Of a DNA stretch of 64,000 nt, positions 26,601-41,900 are shown in pieces. The notes beneath the pieces are model-generated. The model ran no database searches and was not told the DNA's origin. It was given only the letters and a program-made list of their open reading frames with translations. The position numbers and the translations under genes were made by a program. Origin of the DNA: Eimeria praecox (lineage: Eukaryota); NCBI GenBank assembly GCA_963920595.1, contig OY986950.1, positions 1 through 64,000 on the forward strand, written 5' to 3'. The stretch's first letter is position 1. The number at the start of each line of letters is the position of its first letter.

Positions 26601-29600
26601 ACAAAATACTTCGCCTCCCATCATCAACCAACCCATCCTACAACCCGTCACACACCAACTCCCAGACCCCCACACAGACAATCACACAAGCCCACAACCA
26701 ATTGCAACAGAACCGTATCCCCATCCAAGCTACCATACGCACTTCCTTTAGCGCACACATGCCCTCCCCAACACATTCCACACTCCATCGCCCACTCAAC
26801 AACCGTTGCGAGCCCCCCAAAAGACGATCCTCAGCACCCATCATCACATTTTCTCGTGCACCAACCATCAACACGCAAACACAAATTAAAACCCTCCGAG
26901 CAAACCCATGCAAATGCTGCAATCACTCCACTCACTGCCACTCACTCGCCTTCGACAAAACAATTCCCTCAGCAGCATTCCAAACAAACCGCACACGAAC
27001 CATTTGGCCTTTACCCTGCGCGCACCACAATTCAATGGATGCATCTCGATCGACACCTGCTACAACTCCTCCCAGCCCTCATATCAAACTCTCTAAACAT
27101 CGCCCCTGACGCACGGCCATGCCAACCCTCAACAAATCCAGCACCGCACATTCTAAACGGCCCTACTAACACACCGCTATCCACGCCCAAAAGACTGTTA
27201 CGCCAACGCAGTACCCCCACAACTCAACGTCACATGACCTCCGCGCCTCATATCCATACTCACTCATGCCCTACACTATGCAATACCGTCACACTGCATG
27301 CAGATCAATAAAAGACACACTTCCTGCTGCAAACCAACAACAAACAAAATACTTTGCCTCCCATCATCAACCAACTCATCCTACAACCCGCCACACACCA
27401 ACTCCCAGACGCCCACACAGACAATCACACAAGCCCACAACAAAATGCAACACAACCTTATCCCCACCCAAGCTACCATACGCACTTCCTTTAGCGCACA
27501 CATGCCCTCCCCAACACATTCCACACTCCATCGCCCACTCAACAACCGTTGCGATCCCCCCAAAAAACGATCCTCAGCACCCATCATCACATTTTCTCGT
27601 GCACCAACCATCAACACGCAAACACAAATTAAAACCCTCCGAGCAAACCCATGCCACTGCTGCAATCACTCCACTCACTGCCACTCACTCGCCTTCGACA
27701 AAACAATTCCCTCAGCAGCATTCCAAACAAACCGCACACGAACCATTTGGCCTTTACCCTGCGCGCCCCACAATTCAATGGATGCATCTCGATCGACACC
27801 TGCTACAACTCCTCCCAGCCCTCATATCAAACTCTCTAAGCATCGCCCCTGACGCACGGCCATGCCAACCTTCAACAAATCCAGCACCGGACAGTCTAAA
27901 CGGCCCTACTAACACACCGCTATCCACGCCCAAAAGACTGTTACGCCAACGCAGTACCCCCACAACTCAACGTCACATGACCTCCGCGCCTCATATCCAT
28001 ACTCACTCATGCCCTACACTATGCAATACCGTCACACTGCATGCAGATCAATAAAAGACACACTCGCTGCTGCAAACCAACAACAAACAAAATACGTCGC
28101 CTCCCATCACCAACCAACCCATCCTACAAACCGCCACACACCAACTCCCAGACGCCCACACGCACAATCACACAATCCAACAACAAAATGCAACACAACC
28201 TTATCCCCCTACAAGCTACCATACGCACTTCCTTTAGCACACACATGCCCTCCCCAACACATTCCACACTCCATCGCCCACTCAACAACCCTTGCGATCC
28301 CCCCAAAAAACGATCCTCAGCACCCATCATCACATTTTCTCGTGCACCAACCATCAACACGCAAACACAAATTAAAACCCTCCGAGCAAACCCATGCAAA
28401 TGCTGCAATCACTCCACTCACTGCCACTCACTCGCCTTCGACAAAACAATTCCCTCAGCAGCATTCCAAACAAACCGCACACGAACCATTTGGCCTTTAC
28501 CCTGCGCGCCCCACAATTCAATGGATGCATCTCGATCGACACCTGCTACAACAACTCCTAGCCCTCATGTCAAACTCTCTAAACATCACCCCTGACCCAC
28601 GGCCATGCCAACCTTCAACAAATCCAGCACCGGACAGTCTAAACGGCCCTACTAACACACCGCTATCCACGCCCAAAAGACTGTTACGCCAACGCAGTAC
28701 CCCCACAACTCAACGTCACATGACCTCCGCGCCTCGTATCCATGCTCACTCATGCCCTACACTATGCAATACCGTCACACTGCATGCAGATCAATAAAAG
28801 ACACACTTCCTGCTGCAAACCAACAACAAACAAAATACTTCGCCTCCCATCATCAACCAACTCATCCTACAACCCGCCACACACCAACTCCCAGACGCCC
28901 ACACAGACAATCACACAAGCCCACAACAAAATGCAACACAACCTTATCCCCACCCAAGCTACCATACGCACTTCCTTTAGCGCACACATGCCCTCCCCAA
29001 CACATTCCACACTCCATCGCCCACTCAACAACCCTTGCGATCCCCCCAAAAAACGATCCTCAGCACCCATCATCACATTTTCTCGTGCACCAACCATCAA
29101 CACGCAAACACAAATTAAAACCCTCCGAGCAAACCCATGCCACTGCTGCAATCACTCCACTCACTGCCACTCACTCGCCTTCGACAAAACAATTCCCTCA
29201 GCAGCATTCCAAACAAACCGCACACGAACCATTTGGCCTTTACCCTGCGCGCCCCACAATTCAATGGATGCATCTCGATCGACACCTGCTACAACTCCTC
29301 CCAGCCCTCATATCAAACTCTCTAAGCATCGCCCCTGACGCACGGCCATGCCAACCTTCAACAAATCCAGCACCGGACAGTCTAAACGGCCCTACTAACA
29401 CACCGCTATCCACGCCCAACAGACTGTTACGCCTCCGCAGAACTCAACGTCACATGACTTCCGCGCATCATATCCATACTCATTCATGCCCTGCACTATG
29501 CAATGCCGTCACACTGCATGCAGATCAATAAAAGACACACTTGCTGCTGCAAACCAACAACAAACAAAATACTTCGCCTCCCATCATCAACCAACCCATC

Positions 29601-32457
29601 CTACAACCCGTCACACACCAACTCCCAGACCCCCACACAGACAATCACACAAGCCCACAACCAATTGCAACAGAACCGTATCCCCATCCAAGCTACCATA
29701 CGCACTTCCTTTAGCGCACACATGCCCTCCCCAACACATTCCACACTCCATCGCCCACTCAACAACCGTTGCGAGCCCCCCAAAAGACGATCCTCAGCAC
29801 CCATCATCACATTTTCTCGTGCACCAACCATCAACACGCAAACACAAATTAAAACCCTCCGAGCAAACCCATGCAAATGCTGCAATCACTCCACTCACTG
29901 CCACTCACTCGCCTTCGACAAAACAATTCCCTCAGCAGCATTCCAAACAAACCGCACACGAACCATTTCGCCTTTACCCTGCGCGCCCCACAATTCAATG
30001 GATGCATCTCGATCGACACCTGCTACAACTCCTCCCAGCCCTCATGTCAAACTCTCTAAACATCACCCCTGACCCACGGCCATGCCAACCTTCAACAAAT
30101 CCAGCACCGGACAGTCTAAACGGCCCTACTAACACACCGCTATCCACGCCCAAAAGACTGTTACGCCAACGCAGTACCCCCACAACTCAACGTCACATGA
30201 CCTCCGCGCCTCATATCCATACTCACTCATGCCCTACACTATGCAATACCGTCACACTGCATGCAGATCAATAAAAGACACACTCGCTGCTGCAAACCAA
30301 CAACAAACAAAATACGTCGCCTCCCATCACCAACCAACCCATCCTACAAACCGCCACACACCAACTCCCAGACGCCCACACGCACAATCACACAATCCAA
30401 CAACAAAATGCAACACAACCTTATCCCCCTACAAGCTACCATACGCACTTCCTTTAGCACACACATGCCCTCCCCAACACATTCCACACTCCATCGCCCA
30501 CTCAACAACCCTTGCGATCCCCCCAAAAAACGATCCTCAGCACCCATCATCACATTTTCTCGTGCACCAACCATCAACACGCAAACACAAATTAAAACCC
30601 TCCGAGCAAACCCATGCAAATGCTGCAATCACTCCACTCACTGCCACTCACTCGCCTTCGACAAAACAATTCCCTCAGCAGCATTCCAAACAAACCGCAC
30701 ACGAACCATTTGGCCTTTACCCTGCGCGCCCCACAATTCAATGGATGCATCTCGATCGACACCTGCTACAACAACTCCTAGCCCTCATGTCAAACTCTCT
30801 AAACATCACCCCTGACCCACGGCCATGCCAACCTTCAACAAATCCAGCACCGGACAGTCTAAACGGCCCTACTAACACACCGCTATCCACGCCCAAAAGA
30901 CTGTTACGCCAACGCAGTACCCCCACAACTCAACGTCACATGACCTCCGCGCCTCGTATCCATGCTCACTCATGCCCTACACTATGCAATACCGTCACAC
31001 TGCATGCAGATCAATAAAAGACACACTTCCTGCTGCAAACCAACAACAAACAAAATACTTCGCCTCCCATCATCAACCAACTCATCCTACAACCCGCCAC
31101 ACACCAACTCCCAGACGCCCACACAGACAATCACACAAGCCCACAACAAAATGCAACACAACCTTATCCCCACCCAAGCTACCATACGCACTTCCTTTAG
31201 CGCACGCATGCCCTCCCCAACACATTCCACACTCCATCGCCCACTCAACAACCGTTGCGATCCCCCCAAAAAACGATCCTCAGCACCCATCATCACATTT
31301 TCTCGTGCACCAACCATCAACACGCAAACACAAATTAAAACCCTCCGAGCAAACCCATGCAAATGCTGCAATCACTCCACTCACTGCCACTCACTCGCCT
31401 TCGACAAAACAATTCCCTCAGCAGCATTCCAAACAAACCGCACACGAACCATTTGGCCTTTACCCTGCGCGCACCACAATTCAATGGATGCATCTCGATC
31501 GACACCTGCTACAACTCCTCCCAGCCCTCATGTCAAACTCTCTAAACATCACCCCTGACCCACGGCCATGCCAACCTTCAACAAATCCAGCACCGGACAG
31601 TCTAAACGGCCCTACTAACACACCGCTATCCACGCCCAAAAGACTGTTACGCCAACGCAGTACCCCCACAACTCAACGTCACATGACCTCCGCGCCTCAT
31701 ATCCATACTCACTCATGCCCTACACTATGCAATACCGTCACACTGCATGCAGATCAATAAAAGACACACTCGCTGCTGCAAACCAACAACAAACAAAATA
31801 CGTCGCCTCCCATCACCAACCAACCCATCCTACAAACCGCCACACACCAACTCCCAGACGCCCACACGCACAATCACACAATCCAACAACAAAATGCAAC
31901 ACAACCTTATCCCCCTACAAGCTACCATACGCACTTCCTTTAGCACACACATGCCCTCCCCAACACATTCCACACTCCATCGCCCACTCAACAACCCTTG
32001 CGATCCCCCCAAAAAACGATCCTCAGCACCCATCATCACATTTTCTCGTGCACCAACCATCAACACGCAAACACAAATTAAAACCTTCCGAGCAAACCCA
32101 TGCCACTGCTGCAATCACTCCACTCACTGCCACTCACTCGCCTTCGACAAAACAATTCCCTCAGCAGCATTCCAAACAAACCGCACACGAACCATTTCGC
32201 CTTTACCCTGCGCGCCCCACAATTCAATGGATGCATCTCGATCGACACCTGCTACAACTCCTCCCAGCCCTCATGTCAAACTCTCTAAACATCACCCCTG
32301 ACCCACGGCCATGCCAACCTTCAACAAATCCAGCACCGGACAGTCTAAACGGCCCTACTAACACACCGCTATCCACGCCCAAAAGACTGTTACGCCAACG
32401 CAGTACCCCCACAACTCAACGTCACATGACCTCCGCGCCTCGTATCCATACTCACTC

Positions 32458-32931
32458 ATGCCCTACACTATGCAATACCGTCACACTGCATGCAGATCAA
32501 TAAACGACACACTTGCTGCTGCAAACCAACAACAAACGAAATACTTCGCCTCCATTACCAACCCATCCTAAACCCATGCCACTGCTGCAATCACTCCACT
32601 CACTGCCACTCACTCGCCTTCGACAAAACAATTCCCTCAGCAGCATTCCAAACAAACCGCACACCAACCATTTGGCCTTTACCCTGCGCGCCCCACAATT
32701 CAATGGATGCATCTCGATCGACACCTGCTACAACTCCTCCCAGCCCTCATCAAACTCTCTAAGCATCGCCCCTGACGCACGGCCATGCCAACCCTCAACA
32801 AATCCAGCACCGGACAGTCTAAACGGCCCTACTAACACACCGCTATCCACGCCCAAAAGACTGTTACGCCAACGCAGTACCCCCACAACTCAACGTCACA
32901 TGACCTCCGCGCCTCGTATCCATACTCACTC
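32458..32931 (+). repeat. Short satellite unit (474 bp), same deletion junction
   Basis: CCATCCTAAACCCATGCC at ~32563-32580. Confidence 0.95.
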
Positions 32932-35900
32932 ATGCCCTACACTATGCAATACCGTCACACTGCATGCAGATCAATAAAAGACACACTTCCTGCTGCAAAC
33001 CAACAACAAACAAAATACTTCGCCTCCCATCATCAACCAACTCATCCTACAACCCGCCACACACCAACGCCCAGACGCCCACACAGACAATCACACAATC
33101 CAACAACAAAATGCAACACAACCTTATCCCCCTACAAGCTACCATACGCACTTCCTTTAGCGCACACATGCCCTCCCCAACACATTCCACACTCCACCGC
33201 CCACTCAACAACCGTTGCTATAACCGCAAAAAACGATCCTCAGCACCCATCATCACATTTTCTCGTGCACCAACCATCAACACGCAAACACAAATTAAAA
33301 CCCTCCGAGCAAACCCATGCCACTGCTGCAATCACTCCACTCACTGCCACTCACTCGCCTTCGACAAAACAATTCCCTCAGCAGCATTCCAAACAAACCG
33401 CACACGAACCATTTGGCCTTTACCCTGCGCGCCCCACACAATTCAATGGATGCATCTCGATCGACACCTGCTACAACTCCTCCCAGCCCTCATATCAAAC
33501 TCTCTAAACATCGCCCCTGACGCACGGCCATGCCAACCCTCAACAAATCCAGCACCGGACAGTCTAAACGGCCCTACTAACACACCGCTATCCACGCCCA
33601 AAAGACTGTTACGCCAACGCAGAACTCAACGTCACATGACCTCCGCGCCTCATATCCATACTCACTCATGCCCTACACTATGCAATACCGTCACACTGCA
33701 TGCAGATCAATAAAAGACACACTTGCTGCTGCAAACCAACAACAAACAAAGTACTTCGCCTCCCATCACCAACCAGCCCATCCTACAAACCGCCACACAC
33801 CAACTCCCAGACGCCCACACAGACAATCACACAAGCCCACAACAAAATGCAACACAACCGTATCCCCATCCAAGCTACCATACGCACTTCCTTTAGCGCA
33901 CACATGCCCTCCCCAACACATTCCACACTCCATCGCCCACTCAACAACCGTTGCTATAACCCCAAAAAACGATCCTCAGCACCCATCATCACATTTTCTC
34001 GTGCACCAACCATCAACACGCAAACACAAATTAAAACCCTCCGAGCAAACCCATGCAAATGCTGCAATCACTCCACTCACTGCCACTCACTCGCCTTCGA
34101 CAAAACAATTCCCTCAGCAGCATTCCAAACAAACCGCACACGAACCATTTGGCCTTTACCCTGCGCGCACCACAATTCAATGGATGCATCTCGATCGACA
34201 CCTGCTACAACTCCTCCCAGCCCTCATATCAAACTCTCTAAACATCGCCCCTGACGCACGGCCATGCCAACCCTCAACAAATCCAGCACCGCACATTCTA
34301 AACGGCCCTACTAACACACCGCTATCCACGCCCAAAAGACTGTTACGCCAACGCAGTACCCCCACAACTCAACGTCACATGACCTCCGCACCTCATATCC
34401 ATACTCACTCATGCCCTACACTATGCAATACCGTCACACTGCATGCAGATCAATAAAAGACACACTCGCTGCTGCAAACCAACAACAAACAAAATACGTC
34501 GCCTCCCATCACCAACCAACCCATCCTACAACCCGTCACACACCAACTCCCAGACGCCCACACGCACAATCACACAATCCAACAACAAAATGCAACACAA
34601 CCTTATCCCCACCCAAGCTACCATACGCACTTCCTTTAGCGCACACATGCCCTCCCCAACACATTCCACACTCCATCGCCCACTCAACAACCGTTGCGAT
34701 CCCCCCAAAAAACGATCCTCAGCACCCATCATCACATTTTCTCGTGCACCAACCATCAACACGCAAACACAAATTAAAACCCTCCGAGCAAACCCATGCA
34801 AATGCTGCAATCACTCCACTCACTGCCACTCACTCGCCTTCGACAAAACAATTCCCTCAGCAGCATTCCAAACAAACCGCACACGAACCATTTGGCCTTT
34901 ACCCTGCGCGCACCACACAATTCAATGGATGCATCTCGATCGACACCTGCTACAACTCCTCCCAGCCCTCATATCAAACTCTCTAAACATCACCCCTGAC
35001 GCACGGCCATGCCAACCCTCAACAAATCCAGCACCGGACAGTCTAAACGGCCCTACTAACACACCGCTATCCACGCCCAAAAGACTGTTACGCCAACGCA
35101 GAACTCAACGTCACATGACCTCCGCGCCTCATATCCATACTCACTCATGCCCTACACTATGCAATACCGTCACACTGCATGCAGATCAATAAAAGACACA
35201 CTTGCTGCTGCAAACCAACAACAAACAAAGTACTTCGCCTCCCATCACCAACCAGCCCATCCTACAAACCGCCACACACCAACTCCCAGACGCCCACACA
35301 GACAATCACACAAGCCCACAACAAAATGCAACACAACCGTATCCCCATCCAAGCTACCATACGCACTTCCTTTAGCGCACACATGCCCTCCCCAACACAT
35401 TCCACACTCCATCGCCCACTCAACAACCGTTGCTATAACCCCAAAAAACGATCCTCAGCACCCATCATCACATTTTCTCGTGCACCAACCATCAACACGC
35501 AAACACAAATTAAAACCCTCCGAGCAAACCCATGCAAATGCTGCAATCACTCCACTCACTGCCACTCACTCGCCTTCGACAAAACAATTCCCTCAGCAGC
35601 ATTCCAAACAAACCGCACACGAACCATTTGGCCTTTACCCTGCGCGCACCACAATTCAATGGATGCATCTCGATCGACACCTGCTACAACTCCTCCCAGC
35701 CCTCATATCAAACTCTCTAAACATCGCCCCTGACCCACGGCCATGCCAACCCTCAACAAATCCAGCACCGCACATTCTAAACGGCCCTACTAACACACCG
35801 CTATCCACGCCCAAAAGACTGTTACGCCAACGCAGTACCCCCACAACTCAACGTCACATGACCTCCGCACCTCATATCCATACTCACTCATGCCCTACAC

Positions 35901-38900
35901 TATGCAATACCGTCACACTGCATGCAGATCAATAAAAGACACACTCGCTGCTGCAAACCAACAACAAACAAAATACGTCGCCTCCCATCACCAACCAACC
36001 CATCCTACAACCCGTCACACACCAACTCCCAGACGCCCACACGCACAATCACACAATCCAACAACAAAATGCAACACAACCTTATCCCCACCCAAGCTAC
36101 CATACGCACTTCCTTTAGCGCACACATGCCCTCCCCAACACATTCCACACTCCATCGCCCACTCAACAACCGTTGCGATCCCCCCAAAAAACGATCCTCA
36201 GCACCCATCATCACATTTTCTCGTGCACCAACCATCAACACGCAAACACAAATTAAAACCCTCCGAGCAAACCCATGCCACTGCTGCAATCACTCCACTC
36301 ACTGCCACTCACTCGCCTTCGACAAAACAATTCCCTCAGCAGCATTCCAAACAAACCGCACACGAACCATTTGGCCTTTACCCTGCGCGCCCCACAATTC
36401 AATGGATGCATCTCGATCGACACCTGCTACAACTCCTCCCAGCCCTCATGTCAAACTCTCTAAACATCACCCCTGACCCACGGCCATGCCAACCTTCAAC
36501 AAATCCAGCACCGGACAGTCTAAACGGCCCTACTAACACACCGCTATCCACGCCCAAAAGACTGTTACGCCAACGCAGTACCCCCACAACTCAACGTCAC
36601 ATGACCTCTGCGCCTCGTATCCATGCTCACTCATGCCCTACACTATGCAATACCGTCACACTGCATGCAGATCAATAAAAGACACACTTCCTGCTGCAAA
36701 CCAACAACAAACAAAATACGTCGCCTCCCATCACCAACCAACCCATCCTACAAACCGCCACACACCAACTCCCAGACGCCCACACGCACAATCACACAAT
36801 CCAACAACAAAATGCAACACAACCTTATCCCCCTACAAGCTACCATACGCACTTCCTTTAGCACACACATGCCCTCCCCAACACATTCCACACTCCATCG
36901 CCCACTCAACAACCCTTGCGATCCCCCCAAAAAACGATCCTCAGCACCCATCATCACATTTTCTCGTGCACCAACCATCAACACGCAAACACAAATTAAA
37001 ACCCTCCGAGCAAACCCATGCCACTGCTGCAATCACTCCACTCACTGCCACTCACTCGCCTTCGACAAAACAATTCCCTCAGCAGCATTCCAAACAAACC
37101 GCACACGAACCATTTCGCCTTTACCCTGCGCGCCCCACAATTCAATGGATGCATCTCGATCGACACCTGCTACAACTCCTCCCAGCCCTCATGTCAAACT
37201 CTCTAAACATCACCCCTGACCCACGGCCATGCCAACCTTCAACAAATCCAGCACCGGACAGTCTAAACGGCCCTACTAACACACCGCTATCCACTCCCAA
37301 CAGACTGTTACGCCAACGCAGTACCCCCACAACTCAACGTCACATGACCTCTGCGCCTCGTATCCATGCTCACTCATGCCCTACACTATGCAATACCGTC
37401 ACACTGCATGCAGATCAATAAAAGACACACTTCCTGCTGCAAACCAACAACAAACAAAATACTTCGCCTCCCATCATCAACCAACCCATCCTACAAACCG
37501 CCACACACCAACTCCCAGACGCCCACACGCACAATCACACAATCCAACAACAAAATGCAACACAACCTTATCCCCACCCAAGCTACCATACGCACTTCCT
37601 TTAGCGCACACATGCCCTCCCCAACACATTCCACACTCCATCGCCCACTCAACAACCCTTGCGATCCCCCCAAAAAACGATCCTCAGCACCCATCATCAC
37701 ATTTTCTCGTGCACCAACCATCAACACGCAAACACAAATTAAAACCCTCCGAGCAAACCCATGCCACTGCTGCAATCACTCCACTCACTGCCACTCACTC
37801 GCCTTCGACAAAACAATTCCCTCAGCAGCATTCCAAACAAACCGCACACGAACCATTTGGCCTTTACCCTGCGCGCACCACAATTCAATGGATGCATCTC
37901 GATCGACACCTGCTACAACTCCTCCCAGCCCTCATATCAAACTCTCTAAACATCGCCCCTGACGCACGGCCATGCCAACCCTCAACAAATCCAGCACCGC
38001 ACATTCTAAACGGCCCTACTAACACACCGCTATCCACGCCCAAAAGACTGTTACGCCAACGCAGTACCCCCACAACTCAACGTCACATGACCTCCGCACC
38101 TCATATCCATACTCACTCATGCCCTACACTATGCAATACCGTCACACTGCATGCAGATCAATAAAAGACACACTTCCTGCTGCAAACCAACAACAAACAA
38201 AATACGTCGCCTCCCATCACCAACCAACCCATCCTACAACCCGTCACACACCAACTCCCAGACGCCCACACGCACAATCACACAATCCAACAACAAAATG
38301 CAACACAACCTTATCCCCACCCAAGCTACCATACGCACTTCCTTTAGCGCACACATGCCCTCCCCAACACATTCCACACTCCATCGCCCACTCAACAACC
38401 GTTGCGATCCCCCCAAAAAACGATCCTCAGCACCCATCATCACATTTTCTCGTGCACCAACCATCAACACGCAAACACAAATTAAAACCCTCCGAGCAAA
38501 CCCATGCAAATGCTGCAATCACTCCACTCACTGCCACTCACTCGCCTTCGACAAAACAATTCCCTCAGCAGCATTCCAAACAAACCGCACACGAACCATT
38601 TGGCCTTTACCCTGCGCGCCCCACAATTCAATGGATGCATCTCGATCGACACCTGCTACAACTCCTCCCAGCCCTCATGTCAAACTCTCTAAACATCACC
38701 CCTGACCCACGGCCATGCCAACCTTCAACAAATCCAGCACCGGACAGTCTAAACGGCCCTACTAACACACCGCTATCCACGCCCAAAAGACTGTTACGCC
38801 AACGCAGTACCCCCACAACTCAACGTCACATGACCTCTGCGCCTCGTATCCATGCTCACTCATGCCCTACACTATGCAATACCGTCACACTGCATGCAGA

Positions 38901-41900
38901 TCAATAAAAGACACACTTCCTGCTGCAAACCAACAACAAACAAAATACTTCGCCTCCCATCATCAACCAACTCATCCTACAACCCGCCACACACCAACTC
39001 CCAGACGCCCACACAGACAATCACACAAGCCAACAACAAAATGCAACACAACCTTATCCCCATCCAAGCTACCCAACGCACTTCCTTTAGCGCACGCATG
39101 CCCTCCCCAACACATTCCACACTCCATCGCCCACTCAACAACCCTTGCGATCCCCCCAAAAAACGATCCTCAGCACCCATCATCACATTTTCTCGTGCAC
39201 CAACCATCAACACGCAAACACAAATTAAAACCCTCCGAGCAAACCCATGCCACTGCTGCAATCACTCCACTCACTGCCACTCACTCGCCTTCGACAAAAC
39301 AATTCCCTCAGCAGCATTCCAAACAAACCGCACACGAACCATTTGGCCTTTACCCTGCGCGCCCCACAATTCAATGGATGCATCTCGATCGACACCTGCT
39401 ACAACTCCTCCCAGCCCTCATGTCAAACTCTCTAAACATCACCCCTGACCCACGGCCATGCCAACCTTCAACAAATCCAGCACCGGACAGTCTAAACGGC
39501 CCTACTAACACACCGCTATCCACGCCCAAAAGACTGTTACGCCAACGCAGTACCCCCACAACTCAACGTCACATGACCTCTGCGCCTCGTATCCATGCTC
39601 ACTCATGCCCTACACTATGCAATACCGTCACACTGCATGCAGATCAATAAAAGACACACTTCCTGCTGCAAACCAACAACAAACAAAATACTTCGCCTCC
39701 CATCATCAACCAACTCATCCTACAACCCGCCACACACCAACTCCCAGACGCCCACACAGACAATCACACAAGCCCACAACAAAATGCAACACAACCTTAT
39801 CCCCATCCAAGCTACCATACGCACTTCCTTTAGCGCACGCATGCCCTCCCCAACACATTCCACACTCCATCGCCCACTCAACAACCCTTGCGATCCCCCC
39901 AAAAAACGATCCTCAGCACCCATCATCACATTTTCTCGTGCACCAACCATCAACACGCAAACACAAATTAAAACCCTCCGAGCAAACCCATGCCACTGCT
40001 GCAATCACTCCACTCACTGCCACTCACTCGCCTTCGACAAAACAATTCCCTCAGCAGCATTCCAAACAAACCGCACACGAACCATTTGGCCTTTACCCTG
40101 CGCGCCCCACAATTCAATGGATGCATCTCGATCGACACCTGCTACAACTCCTCCCAGCCCTCATGTCAAACTCTCTAAACATCACCCCTGACCCACGGCC
40201 ATGCCAACCTTCAACAAATCCAGCACCGGACAGTCTAAACGGCCCTACTAACACACCGCTATCCACCCCCAAAAGACTGTTACGCCAACGCAGTACCCCC
40301 ACAACTCAACGTCACATGACCTCCGCGCCTCATATCCATACTCACTCATGCCCTACACTATGCAATACCGTCACACTGCATGCAGATCAATAAAAGACAC
40401 ACTCGCTGCTGCAAACCAACAACAAACAAAATACGTCGCCTCCCATCACCAACCAACCCATCCTACAAACCGCCACACACCAACTCCCAGACGCCCACAC
40501 GCACAATCACACAATCCCCCAACAAAATGCAACACAACCTTATCCCCATCCAAGCTACCCAACGCACTTCCTTTAGCGCACGCATGCCCTCCCCAACACA
40601 TTCCACACTCCATCGCCCACTCAACAACCCTTGCGATCCCCCCAAAAAACGATCCTCAGCACCCATCATCACATTTTCTCGTGCACCAACCATCAACACG
40701 CAAACACAAATTAAAACCCTCCGAGCAAACCCATGCAAATGCTGCAATCACTCCACTCACTGCCACTCACTCGCCTTCGACAAAACAATTCCCTCAGCAG
40801 CATTCCAAACAAACCGCACACGAACCATTTGGCCTTTACCCTGCGCGCCCCACAATTCAATGGATGCATCTCGATCGACACCTGCTACAACTCCTCCCAG
40901 CTCTCATGTCAAACTCTCTAAACATCACCCCTGACCCACGGCCATGCCAACCTTCAACAAATCCAGCACCGGACAGTCTAAACGGCCCTACTAACACACC
41001 GCTATCCACCCCCAAAAGACTGTTACGCCAACGCAGTACCCCCACAACTCAACGTCACATGACCTCCGCGCCTCGTATCCATACTCACTCATGCCCTACA
41101 CTATGCAATACCGTCACACTGCATGCAGATCAATAAAAGACACACTTCCTGCTGCAAACCAACAACAAACAAAATACTTCGCCTCCCATCATCAACCAAC
41201 TCATCCTACAAACCGCCACACACCAACTCCCAGACGCTCACACAGACAATCACACAAGCCCACAACAAAATGCAACACAACCTTATCCCCCTACAAGCTA
41301 CCATACGCACTTCCTTTAGCACACACATGCCCTCCCCAACACATTCCACACTCCATCGCCCACTCAACAACCCTTGCGATCCCCCCAAAAAACGATCCTC
41401 AGCACCCATCATCACATTTTCTCGTGCACCAACCATCAACACGCAAACACAAATTAAAACCCTCCGAGCAAACCCATGCAAATGCTGCAATCACTCCACT
41501 CACTGCCACTCACTCGCCTTCGACAAAACAATTTCCTCAGCAGCATTCCAAACAAACCGCACACGAACCATTTGGCCTTTACCCTGCGCGCCCCACACAA
41601 TTCAATGGATGCATCTCGATCGACACCTGCTACAACTCCTCCCAGCCCTCATATCAAACTCTCTAAACATCGCCCCTGACGCACGGCCATGCCAACCCTC
41701 AACAAATCCAGCACCGGACAGTCTAAACGGCCCTACTAACACACCGCTATCCACGCCCAAAAGACTGTTACGCCAACGCAGAACTCAACGTCACGCGACC
41801 TCCGCGCCTCATATTCATACGCATTCATGCTCTACACTATGCAATACCGTCACACTGCATGCAGATCAATAAAAGACACACTTCCTGATGCGCCTGAACA

